Positions 43,937-57,917 of a stretch of DNA of 64,000 nt are shown here, one piece after another. The stretch spans positions 20,708,001-20,772,000 of the forward strand of contig CM022672.1 of NCBI GenBank assembly GCA_012295275.1, read 5' to 3'. Position 1 is the first letter of the stretch. The number at the start of each line of letters is the position of its first letter. The translations under genes were made by a program, and so were the position numbers. A model generated the notes under the pieces. The model did no database searches, was not told the origin of the DNA, and was given only the letters and a program-made list of their open reading frames with translations. This DNA comes from Chrysomallon squamiferum (lineage: Eukaryota > Animalia > Mollusca).

Positions 43937-46900
43937 TTAAAAAGACGAGTGGAAGGAAGTCTCATCATGTCCTGGGTTGTAAAACATCAGTTTGTGTTCA
44001 GAGTGGAGACTGTAATGTCCGTCATATGTCATTTCATGTGAAGGCTGTGGCACCTCATGGGTCTGATGTTTAGGCCTCTTTCTCCTGGAGAAAAAATATA
44101 AAATAAAATAAAATAAAAAAATAAATTTGTTTTCTTAAACAAATAAGTAAAACTTTGTGAATTTGAAATTTCATACTCACACTATATAGATTGCCTCATT
44201 CTTTACGTCAGTTATGTGTAAAAGACTAATTGGTAACAAATATTTTATTCATTAACAGTTAATGTTTTTTGACATGGTTACTTAAGAGAAAATAAAGCAA
44301 ATGAGGACTACTCACCTTCTTAAAATGATCACAGCAACAATAATGATGACAATGAGAAGAGCAGCAGCTACACATCCTATTATAATAATCGTTTTGGTTG
44401 TACAATCTTCAAAACATAGAGACACAAATACTCACAAAACAGACAAACTGATAAACACAAAACACATTCACAAAACAGACACACTGATAAACACAAAACA
44501 CAGAACAAAAACACTGATAAAAACACTGAAAAACACAAAACACAAACTGGTAAACATAAAACCTAGACACACTGAAAACACAAAACATATAAACAGATAA
44601 ACATAAAAAACACCTAGACAAACACATACAGGTAAAAAACCTAGACACACTGATAAACACAAAACATATAAACAGATAAACATAAAACGTAAACATAAAA
44701 CCAAAACACATACACAGGTAAACATAAAACCTAGACACACTGATAAACACAAAACACATACACAGGTAAACATAAAACATAGACACTGATAAACTCAAAA
44801 CATATACACAGGTAAACATAAAACCTAGACACACTGATAAACACAAAACACATACACAGGTAAACATAAAACGTAGACACACTGATAAACACAAAACACA
44901 AACATACAAAAAAAAAACACACTGATAAACACAGATTAAACATTAATAGACACACTGATAAACAAAATAAGATAAACATACATACTTATAATAGGTAAAA
45001 TAATCCTAATATTAAAATAAATCAGAGGTATTTAATAAGTATAAAAATAAGAGATTATATAAAAAGATATAAAATGTAAACAAAACTTATAACATTATAT
45101 AAAGATATAAAATTATACATGTAAATGTAAACACACTTACTGCTACTTTGAGACCAGGATGTAGAAGAAACTGATGGGTCACAAATGAGACAAGGATCAC
45201 TACCCTTCTGGCTGTTTCTTGTGTAACACTGACCATTAATATAACATGTTGAGTCCTGTAAAATACACAACTTGGGTTAGGCTGTGGTAAACTTTACAGA
45301 ACATGTAGGTTTGTTGTAAACTGTTCATAACGTAAATTTATTGTAAACGTCACATGTATGTTTTATTGTAAACTTTACAGAACATGTAGGCTTTTAGTAA
45401 GCTTTACCTTTATAGAACATGAAGGTTTGTTGTCGCCAGAGATAGAACATGCCATACACACAGAACTGTACACAAGAAACATGGCTTCCTGGTCGCTAAC
45501 AGACATCCCGTCATTGCTGACAGTGATAGCAAAGTGTGAGATTCTGGGCAGTAGACACATCACTTCGTATATACTCCGATACTCAGCACGTCTCTTGACC
45601 ACATCACCTCGAGATGTAATACCTGTGTCTGATACCTGATAAACAAACAGACAAACAAATAAATACATAAATAATAAGCTTACTATAATGAATTAAACAG
45701 AAGAAAAAAAAAAAAAATATTATACTTGTCTCTAAGTAATAACTTCCAATTTTCTGAAATAAAATTAAAAAAATTAAAGTCTTTCATACCTCAATTGGTT
45801 CAAAATGACAGTACAGATTACTGGTGTTAAAGAAGTTTTCTCCCTTTATCAGAGTGGTGTAACACAGCTGTGTGTTAGTCTGACAGGTGGCGCTGCTCAG
45901 ACTGGACTGCAGGGTTGGTTTTGTAGTTGTAGGAAGAGCACAGTCAGGGCCAGACCAACCAGATGTACATGAACATGTCCCTGAATAAACAAAAAAAAAA
46001 AAATATTAATAATAATAATCATGTACTTGAATATGTTCATGAATAATAATAATTAAAAAAATAAAAATAAAGAATTAAAAACAGAAACAAAAAATGTATA
46101 TGATATCTATATTCGAGTATACTTCACTGCTGTTAGAGTGAAATAATATACTGCTAAAATGGTACAGTTATATATGTGTAGTTGTATATATTGTACCTTT
46201 GTCAGATGTTTATTTTATATATGTGTAGTGTTATCTACTGTACCTGTGTCACATGTTTATTTTATATATGAGTAGTTGTGTCTGTTGTACCTGTGTCACA
46301 TGTTCCATGGAAGCTGCAGGCCTCTGGACAGAGCAGTTTAACAACGACTGGAAGGAGTGGGGCAGTTTCAGTATTGTTAGGTTTTGTCCATGTTTCTGTG
46401 TCACGTGCAATTGTTATTAAACATCTTTGTTGAACATTTTCTTGCGCATCCTTTGCCCACTCAATATTGTCAGTTAGCTACAGAGATGATAACAATAATA
46501 ATTATTTTTAAATGTAACATACAAAATACATTTGTTTATGTTATATAAATTTGTTTAGATATATATATATATATATATACACCTCTTAACACTTAAATTA
46601 GTTTTACCACTGTTGTCAATGTGATATAATGTTTTAACTATGAAGTGCAGAAATTGTTGTACAAACTGTAAGTTTCAAAATTTAATATTTTAGTGTTTTA
46701 CTAATGATCACGGTCAGAAAACAAAAGCTGTTGTACTTTATTACAAGTTTACCTTGATGTCAGTAATACAGTTTTCTATTTCATCAGTGTAGTTGTCTGT
46801 GACGAAGTGCACGCAGTCATCATAACTTTGAGCTGATCGAATCTTTGTTGTGCACAAATCAGTTGCATTCTTTTCTGTCACACCACTGGCTGTAGGCCAG

Positions 46901-49900
46901 GCTATTTTCTGAAGTAAACACCAGTTAAATTAATTCACATTGTTCACACTTTATACAGTGTTTAACTCACACTGTTATCTCACTTTATAACAGTATACAT
47001 TTGACACTGTTATATAACAGCATTTTCATCTTTTGATTATTAAATTTGAATATACAGACACACACATACAAACATGTATATTCATACTGATATATACGCA
47101 TTTGCTTTAATTTTATGCTGTGTTATTTAAATATTAATGCATGTAATTACATATTACTGATGTCACTCACATTTATTTCATTGAAGTTTGGGTCATAGAT
47201 GAAGGCTTGCTCAGTTGCTCTCTTTCTGCGACTCTGTTGTTGTGTCTGGCTCTTCATATGGTCAGTAATTAGTCTCTTGGTGATGTCTACTGCCGCTGTT
47301 CAAAGAGGCAGTTTACAAAACAGTGAGTTTTTTCATTAAGTTTTTATTAAATAACATGCAATATGTAAATAACTAAAACTGAAATATAACAAATGGGTTT
47401 TAATAACAGCTGTAAGAAATGATAAATCCAGAACAGTTTCAAAGAAATACATCTAAAAATTTGAAAAACTATATTACCATAACATTTAATAGTTTTGGTA
47501 AAATTAAAAATAAAGTGTATTAAAACAAACATCAGAAAGAGTACATATATTTACCATCATAAACATCAATTTCACAAGGATCAATGTCACTAAAGTAGTC
47601 ACATGATGTGCTGTTTGAGGAAAAGTAACAATAGATGGTAGGGCTGAGGTCATTGGCTCCCCTGTATCCCAGGTACTGACTATCTCTGTTGTTTGTAATT
47701 CTGAAAATATTAATAAAAAACTGAAAAGTTGTCTTAAAACCTTTATGATCTTTCCTATCACTTTGAACACACTAGTATCGAATAAAACTATTAGAGTAAA
47801 GAATAAATTCAAAAATAAACACTGAGACACATCCATAAACAACCCTGGACTGCATACACATAGGGCAAGGTGGGGTAATTCTGGCCCCTGAGGTATATTG
47901 TGACCTGTAGCCACTATACTGCTGTCCAGATTTCTGGAACTAAGTTGATATAAATAGAACCTTCCTATCTCTCAGTAGAACAAAGGATGTAGGTAATCAA
48001 CCATTTACATGTGAAGTATAGTGGCCATGAAAGTAATGAAAACAACAAGATTGTAAAAAAAAAAAACAGAATAATATACCAAAGTCAAAATGTTGATGAT
48101 GATGAGCCTGAATTAGAAGACAGAGATGCAGTTGATACACAAGAAAAATGTGAACTCTGTGGCAGAGTTGATGATGGCATAAATTCTGATGAGTTTATAG
48201 GATGTGATGGGTGCCCACATTGGTATTGTCTTGATCCTGGTGCAAACCTCGAAATCCCAGCTGGTGCAGATTTGAAAAATGTTGTATTCTTGTGTGATAT
48301 TTGTTAAGGAGCTTAGTTTATTGAAGTTTTGAATCTGACTTGTATTATGATTAGGGCTAATTATTATCATAGTAAACAATGATTATATAGCAATAATTAT
48401 TACAACAAATTTGAAGACCAAAATACAACATGAATGTAGGGGCCAGATTTACCCCAAATCATCGGAGCAAATCTGGCTCCTGACAACAATTTTTGATCTG
48501 GTGTTAGAAGTATAAGCACTATGCATTTAGTGTTTTTGTATTTTGAAGCAGAAATAGATGTATTACACATTATTCACTCCATTTTGTTGTTTCCTTTTGT
48601 CTGTGAAACTGTAGGTGAGGTTGAATGGAAAAGGAGACCAGAATTACCCCACCTTACCCTACATGTATCAACATACTTAAACAAACATTCTGATTCTTAC
48701 CTCCATGATTTGATAAAGTTGGTTGGCTGGAACCATCTTGTCCTGTTTGCAGTGATCATCTTTTCTCCAGTAGTCAATGTCAAATCATCAGAAACATCAT
48801 TGTTATAAATTCCACAAAGACCTGAAATATATTTTTAAAATACCCAGTAACACACTGATTTAGTTATATCTTTTTAAAATACACAGTAACACATTCAAAT
48901 ATTTATTTTTAAAATACACAATAAGACATTTAGTTATTTATTTTTAAAATATACAATAACTCATTTAGTTATTTATTTTTGAAATACAAAGTAACACACT
49001 GCTTTAGTTATTTTGACTTCTGTGATAAAAAAAAAATGTGTGAAATGTACACTGAGTATCATGTAGGTTTCTTCTGAATTGTGTGGTCACATCCACTGTA
49101 CCATACCTCTGGTCTTGCCAAAGTCTCTTCCTGATGGCTCTATCCACATGTTGAGGAACTGTCCTATTGTGTTCTTCACTGTCACTTTGGTTCCTGTTGG
49201 CAGCAGCACCTACAGTGTTGTTATGTATGTTAGTCTGTTACAGTAACTATTCAAACAGTAATAAATAATTAAAACATTAAGTAACTTTTGGTATGATAAA
49301 CATCTATGACAATTTGATAGAGTGAACTTAGGATATATATGACATTAAAGAAGGATAAACCTACATGACTCATTATAATACATCAAGTCTAAATGTATAA
49401 AGCATTTTACAGTAAATCTAAACTGAATTTACATTGTACATTATAAGATATTTGTCACATTATAATAAGTTTGCAATAAACTACTTGAGATAATACAATA
49501 AACCTAACTGAAACTTACAATAAAGTAGTTAAACCTATATGAGTTATTTCAATAAATCTAGGTTACATCTATCTGGTATATTACAACCAAACCAAGTCAA
49601 ACCTACCTAACATATTACAGTAAACCTACATGACACATTAAAATGCCGATGTTGAAACTACAAGACATATTATAATAAACTTAAATGTTATATTACAATA
49701 TATGGGGGTCAAAGCTAATGACATGTTACAATACATGTAAGTTAAACCTACATGATATATTCTTCCAGCACGTTCTTGGTAGATCTTTGTGGCGGGTGTC
49801 AAGTCTCCTCTGAAGAATTCTTCAGGAACAAGAGGATTGAAGACAAAACTCTTCACTGTCTGGAAACACTTGTTAAAGCGAATTATATCATTGCCAGATC

Positions 49901-52900
49901 GAATTGTAACTGCACAGGTACCAGATCCCCACCCAGATGGCAAAGCATAAGCTCTTACCTGTAAAACAGTTTAATTTGAAAATGATAAAGTCACCATACT
50001 TACATCTAAAATATATTAAAATAATTCCAAGAAAACAAAAAAGGGATAGTAAATAAATGACAGAATGCAAATACAATATGTTGATTGTAGAGATAAACTA
50101 ATTTATGTATTCTGTGACTTCTAATTATTATGATCCTAACCTCACTGTGAATGCTTACCTCAACTTCTTGTTCTGTGTGTTGATAAAGAATAAATTCTCC
50201 TGCAAACATATTCTCATATTTACTGAAATGAGAGGAAAAACAACAAATAAAACAATGGGAATACCATAAGAAAATGTTTACCAATGATTTAATTAAATAA
50301 TGTTTATTTATTCTAAAGTCAATATAAAACATAAATGTTTACTTACATTGCACAAAGTAAAAACAAAAGACTAATGTTACAGTCTACAAACTAAAGGTGC
50401 TAAAGTCTACAAACTAAAAGTGTTAACGTCTATAGACAAGTAAAATACTAATGTTACAGTCTACAGACAAACTAAAAGACTAATGTTACAATCTATAAAC
50501 TAAAAGAATGTTACAGTTTACAATCCAGATGAACAATGTTCACTTACAATCCATCAAATGTAACCATATGAGGATCTCCAGTAGAGCGGCAAAAAGATTC
50601 TCTTATATCTCTATTGACAACAGTTACCTGTTAATAAAAAAAAAAAAAAATTTTTTTTTTATTGTTATGTGCTTAACAGTGGTATGTTGTATGTACAAAC
50701 ACAGCCTACTGTGTAGTGTTTACATGTTTTATTGAAAGACAGATTACTGTTTAGAGGTTATATTTTTACTGTAACAGATTGCTCTATAGTGGTTACTTAC
50801 TTTCAGTGTTTCTATTGTGGTTGTAGAAGACACCAAACCTGGGACATCATCTCGTTGTTGTATGTAGATATTCACATTCTTATTGCTGGTAACCTGTCTA
50901 TCTGAGACACTCTGGATATATAATGACTGAGTCAATGATGACATTCGTTTTCCACTGAGGGCCTCTGTGAGGTTCAGTCCAGTGTAGCGGATAACCACGG
51001 GTCTCTTAATCTGGTTGTTTGTACACTTGCTTGGTGAACCATCTAAGCTGGTGAAAACTTCAAAGTACACGGAACACAATTTTCCATACTTGATGATGCA
51101 GTAGAAGTCTGGCATCACTGCCATGCTGATGTTGATAGCAGACAACTCTTCTCCTTCATAGACCTCCATGGATGACGGCTTTTGTATCTGTCACATATAA
51201 ATTTATAAAAACCTCTGTAATATTTCTTAAATATATTTTGTATGTATGTAAGTATAAGTGTGAAACAATGCATGTAACATATTTAAATATGAATGATTAC
51301 CTGAAGAGATAAGCTAATTGTATTACTGTTCAAGGGAGGACTAGATTTATTTCCACATCTCTTTGGATTACTGGCTCTCACTTGACAGTACATCTATATT
51401 AAACAAAAATAAAAAAAAATAAACAAAAAACAAAAAAATAATTGTCTTTCTGTAATTAAGAGTTTTATATTTAACTTCTAACTAAGTTTATCCTGTTGAT
51501 ATTTATTGTCAGTGTGCATTTATCATGTTTGTATTCACTGTCAAATATTGTGTGTCTGTATATACTGTCATAATTAACTCTATCTATATGTACCACCACT
51601 GTTCATCCTGTTTTTATTTGTCATGTCAGTCTTTAACCTATGACTTGTCTGTTGCCATAATCTACATCTATATTTATCCTATGCCATGTCTCTGTTTATC
51701 TTATGATATGTATGAATTTATCTTTATTTACAAAAAGCATTTACAGTGTCCGAGTTTATAATCATCATATATTCCATCTGTTTCAGTATTTAATCTGTGT
51801 ATATATTTTTTTATGCCGTAATAGACTAATAGTTAGTGAATATTTTACGGTGTCATGTATGAGTGGAAAACGTACACCATCAGTGAGTATTTTGCTTCTC
51901 TGCATATCAGTGAGGTCAGTTGACTGTATAGAGACTACAGATGTTGTTGTCACTTTGTCTGTTCTCACTGACTTGTCTGCTATCAGCCACTCTACAGTGT
52001 ACACAGCATCCTCATCATCAGGTTTATCCACAGCATGTGTTATAGAACAGCTGAGAAATACTTTGTCACCACTGACAACGTATGTCAAAGCTGGAGGTGA
52101 AGACATGATGGGATACTCACTGGGATCACCTGTTCAACAGAAATCTTCATAACTATAATCATCATCATCACATCACCATTATTATTATTATTATTATTAA
52201 TATTAACAGTATTGTGTTTTAAGAATGGGTAGAATGTGTAAACTTGTAGAGGGTTTTCAGCCCTACTGTGTAGTAGTTACATGTTTTAACTTGTAGTTTC
52301 ACAACAAGAAGAGTGTAACCAATCAAATAATAAAACACAGCAACAAGAAAACAACAGTTGACACATTAGAACTGATATTTGAATAACAAACATTTTAAAT
52401 AATTTGCAAAGTCTTCAATTATTTAGTAAAATTAATCCAAAAAAGGTGCACAAAATATTTTTACTCAGTACTGTATAAGCTTGTGAAGCAATGTGTTCAC
52501 AGGCTATAAGCTGCTATGTTTATCTTTTAAAATGATTAAACTGAAAACATATATTACCATAGCAAGCCACTTTTGTTGTTGACATAGTAGTTTTTTCTGT
52601 GACAGTACTTTCTGTACTTCCTGTATTGACAGTGCTTTCTGTACTTCCAGTAGTGACAGTACTTTCTGTACTTCCAGTAGTGACAGTGCTTTCTGTACTT
52701 CCTATAGTGACAGTACTTTCTGTACTTCCTGTAGTGACAGTGCTTTCTGTACTTCCAGTGGTGACAGTGCTTTCTGTACTACCTGTAGTGACAGTACTTT
52801 CTGTACTTCCTGTAGTGACAGTGCTTTCTGTACTTCCTGTAGTGATAGTACTTTCTGTACTTCCAGTGCTGACAGTACTTTCTGTACTTCCTGTAGTGAC

Positions 52901-54491
52901 AGTGCTTTCTGTACTTCCTGTAGTGACAGTGCTTTCTGTACTTCCAGTGCTGACAGCACTTTCTGTACTTTCTGTAGTGACAGTGCTTTCTGTACTTTCT
53001 GTAGTGACAGTGCTTTCTGTACTTCCTGTAGTGACAGTGCTTTCTGTACTTCCAGTGGTGACAGTACTTTCTGTACTTCCTGTAGTGACAGTACTTTCTG
53101 TACTTCCTGTAGTGACAGTACTTTCTGTACTTCCAGTGCTGACAGTACTTTCTGTACTTCCTGTAGTGACAGTACTTTCTGTACTTCCAGTGGTAACAGT
53201 ACTTTCTAAATAGAGGTGATATAAATATGTATTTTATTTAGCATTGCTGGTTAAAAGTTGAAAATAAAAATAAAATTATAAAATATATCAAAACAAAGTT
53301 ACAAATGACAGAACCACAGAACACAAAGTAGAGGGTATTTCAGTATTTTTAAATAACATTACATTAAGTAAAACATTAAATAAAACAACACTGAATTCAT
53401 TTTACACTAAAAACACAACACAGAACTTTGTTTTTATTTGTTTGTTACAGGTCAGATAAAGGACTGATTTTTGCCCCACACAGGTGACTGTCACATACCC
53501 AGTAGTATTTATCAAAATGTTAACATTTATGAATATTTGGTTGCAACAATAGAGTGATGTGTTATTAACGATAAATGTTCAAAATATTAACCAACAGAAA
53601 TAGGTGTACTTTCTTAAATAAGTATAGTACTTTCACTTGTTGTACCTGTAGATGCTGGAGCTGTCAGAATAGCATCCGCTGTTTCTTTGATTGCCTTTTT
53701 CACAGTCCACCCTTCAATGATGATGTTGGCATAGATGTCTGATTTGAGTGACTTGCCAATGTAAAACTGGTTGTATGCAGACTTTGAAACTGATCGTAAA
53801 ATGAAGGTTTTCGTGTTGGCCACAGCTGCATCATCAATGTACAGAGTCAGTCCAAACTGTATACTCCATGAAAACTCAACACTGATGAAGACTTTGCTGC
53901 TGAATTTGGATGTGAACACTGTCCACTCCTGTGTTGGTGTACTCACAGTGCAGTACAAGTGGTGGTTGCGAATGTACATGGACACACCATAACCGTCCAC
54001 CTCATCAGCACCATTAGTGAAAATGTACATGATGTCTTGCATGCTGATGATGTTCAGATTAAAAGAAACAGTCAAACCAAGTTTACAGAGGGCAGGGTTC
54101 CACAAACAGCCATTTGAGAGAGATGATACATCAATGTACTGAGTTTTTCCATCAAGTTTTACAGCTGTCTTATTCCCTTCTTTACCTGGTTCCAACTGTT
54201 TCACTGACCCAATTAGAGACATGTTGAAATTAGCTGTCACCAGAGTTGTGTCCACTATCTCAATAAAAGTGTATTCCTTCACCACAATGTCTGCATCTGA
54301 AATTAGTAAGTACAACATAGAAAATGTGTCTCATTATCAGTGTCTGAAATGCTTTCATCCAGATTTTGAACATATTACTGAAATAAACTGAACTTGAACA
54401 TGTGTAGCTAAACTGCTCATTTAACAATCAATAATAATAATAATAGCAATACAATATTAGGAACAGTAATAATGACAGCAACAACAGTAAT

Positions 54492-54555
<64 letters not shown>

Positions 54556-57500
54556 TTAATAATAATTAATTTACTTCAGTATGTAAATGTATAATTACAT
54601 GTGATTGAGAGCCAGGATGTCTGTCCATTGCTACAGCGCTCAATAAAGTTGAGAGGATTCACAAACCCATCACCATAACACTTGTCTCCAATAGAACACA
54701 CACCAACCTGTGAAAATTACAAAATAGTATTATATGACACTTGTCTCCAAAAGAACATAAACCATCCTGCGAAAATTACAAAATAATATTAATTATTATT
54801 TGTCTCCAATAGAACACATGCCAAACTGTGAAAATCACAAAATAATAATATATGACACTTGTCTCCAATAGAATACGCACCAGTCTGAAAATTACAAATT
54901 AATATTATACAAAACTTGTCTCCCATAGAACATACATGAGTTTGTGAAAATTACATATAAAATAATGGTAGTTATAAAACAATAAAACACATTTTATAAC
55001 TTGACATCATTCTGAAGTAGAAAGTGAACTGAACAAACCTGTGTGTGACATCCAGTGATGTTACAAGTTTGATATGCTGAATCAAACACAACAAATAACA
55101 AAGACCCACTCTGTACGGACTCTAGGTTTTGTACAGAGACATGGAATGCTCCTTCTCCTGGAAGAGTACATATCACCTGCTGCTCGCTGATGTACGTTGC
55201 AGTTACCATGGTAATATTGTTAGTTGACTTGAACTCAGTTTGAGAGATCTAAACATTTCAAACATTACAGTCTGTTTAAATACATTAAAATATTTCAGTT
55301 TCTTTAAATACATTAAAACATTTCAGTTTGTTTAAAACAACATTATAACATTTCAGTTTGTTTAAATACAACATTTCAGCTAAATTTAACACATTTTGAT
55401 TTACCTAAAAAGAACATTCAAAGGTATATCTCAAAAATATCAGTGTTAACTAATAAAGTTTATGTGTAAATTTATAAAATAAAACTAGATGGGCTTAGAG
55501 TTACCTGCAACATCTATATACCAAATGTATGAAATTTCTTGTGAATTACCTCTAAACGTTCCACCAAGCACTTAAGTTGACTTGTTTCTGCAAAACCTTC
55601 TCCATACAAAGAGAGCTTAAGACAGCTGGACTGACAAACATCACACACTGGAGAGATCAGATCAAAGAGGACTGGTTTCTTTGTCAGGTCAACAGAACAG
55701 TCATCACCAGTGTAGTTTTCAGCACACTTACACTGACCTATAACATAATCACAACTTACACTGACCTGTAACATAATCACAACATACACTCATCTACAAC
55801 ATAATCACAACTTGCACTCATCTACAATGAAATCAGAACTTACACTCATCTACAATTAATGTGTCTAAAATATTCAGCATAACATCATATTACAGATGTA
55901 ACATTCTAAACTATTATAAACTGTCACCTGTTAAATCATATGTTGAACTAAAATGTTTTAATACCTTGTTCACATTTGCCGTGACTGCTGCAGTCTGCAG
56001 GACAGATGGCATTGATGATGTCTGCTGGAGGTTTTAGAACGCCATTTACATTTTTCCATAGTTCCATGTTGAACTCAAGTGCAGTGAGACACCGTTCAAC
56101 TACATCAGCCAGTGCTGAGGCAGACCAATCAAATGAGCCCATTATCTGTGAAAAAATATGTCACTAATAGTAAATTGTGACTAATACATGTCACTGATAT
56201 TAAACTGTGACTAATACATGTCACCAATAGTAAACTGTGATTATCAACACGTCACTAATAATATGTCACTAACAGTAAACTGTGATTATTAATACATGTC
56301 ACCATCAGTAAATTATGCTGCATTTGAAAATTCATGTATGAAATTGCTTAATATTCACAATACAAAAAAAAACAAATGCTGATTATCAATACTGTCTCAC
56401 CATCAGTAAATTATGCTGCATTTGAAAATTCATGTATGAAATTGCTTAATATTCACAATACAAAAAAAAACAAATACTGAAATACTGTCTGCTATGAGGA
56501 TGCCATCCATTACTAACTCTAACACTCGTTGGTACAAAGATTCCATCCATTACTAACTCTAACACTGGCTGGTACAAAGAATCCATCCATTATGCCAACA
56601 CTGGCACTGCCATCCATTACTAACTCTAACACTGGTTGGTACAAAGATGCCATCCATTACTAACTCTAACACTGGCTGGTACAAAGATGCCATCCATTAC
56701 TAACTCTAACACTCTTAAACTCTAACACTGGCTGGTACAAAGATGCCATCCATCCATTACTAACCATCTAACACTGGCTGGTACAAAGATGCCATCCATT
56801 ACTAACTCTAACACTGGCTGGTACAAAGATCCCATCCATTACTAACTCTAACACTGGCTGGTACAAAGATCCCATCCATTACTAACTCTAACACTGGCTG
56901 GCACAAAGATTCCCATCCATTACTAACTCTAACACTGGCTGGTACAAAGATGCCATCCATTACTAACTCTAACACTGGCTGGTACAAAGATGCCATCCAT
57001 TACTAACTCTAACACTGGCTGGTACAAAGATGCCATCCATTACTAACTCTAACACTGGCTGGTACAAAGATGCCATCCATTACTAACTCTAACACTGGCT
57101 GGTATAAGCATATGGCATTGCTGTGTTTTAATAAACAACTGCACTGATAAAATTACCTGAACATCTTCCACACAGATGTCAAGACTGGCAGGAAAACTGG
57201 CACTGATCACATCCTGGCATATTTTACCTGAGGCAGATGCGTCAATTTTAAGTTTGCACTGCTTCACTGCCTCACTGTATGTGATGTTATAGTCAATCTT
57301 CTAAAAAATATTTTGTTATTTACTCAAATTAAAGTGATGAAAAAAAGCAACAGAAATTATTCAGTTTTATATATAAATATTTCTAATAACATATTTGGTG
57401 TTACATTAAATTATTAAAATAATTTAAGACAGAAATAGAATTAATAACATGTATTTGATGTTGAAAATGCTGAATAAAGAAGAATGTAAAAGATTTTACT

Positions 57501-57886
57501 TGCTATGGATATATATTTAATATTAAATGATTGCAATAATAAAATGGGTTACAGAAATGTATTTGCTGTAATAAAGTATTATGAAAGTCTGTACTAACTG
57601 GGGACACATAGTTCAGGTCAAATTCAAACTGTGTCAAGGTCTGTTTAGTCAAACATTTCTTTGGAGGCTTCTCAGTGTTTGCAGATGACAGCAGTTTGTC
57701 TGTGATGTCATTTCCTGGAAACAGCACAACTCTTTCATACTATGTATAGTTAGTTGCATTAGTCATAAGTAAAATTATTTATGATATCTTTATAAATATT
57801 TATATTTAGCTCTTCTGACTATTTATTCTGTTGATGTATTTTTATGTAATAATAGTTAAAACAGTGAGATAACTGCATAAAAAATG

Positions 57887-57917
<31 letters not shown>

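Noticed and set aside
44301-44979. Several overlapping Cys/Val/Phe-rich ORFs
   Set aside because: They are products of the 48-bp minisatellite. Only 44316-44406 (minus) is a real exon.
52599-53213. 204-aa plus-strand ORF of (VTVLSVLPV)n
   Set aside because: It is the antisense shadow of the minus-strand mucin exon, which has splice sites and continues the gene's frame.
56500-57105. Regular 40-bp repeats resembling a CRISPR array
   Set aside because: The units are head-to-tail with no unique spacers, lie in a eukaryotic intron, and have no cas genes nearby. It is a minisatellite.
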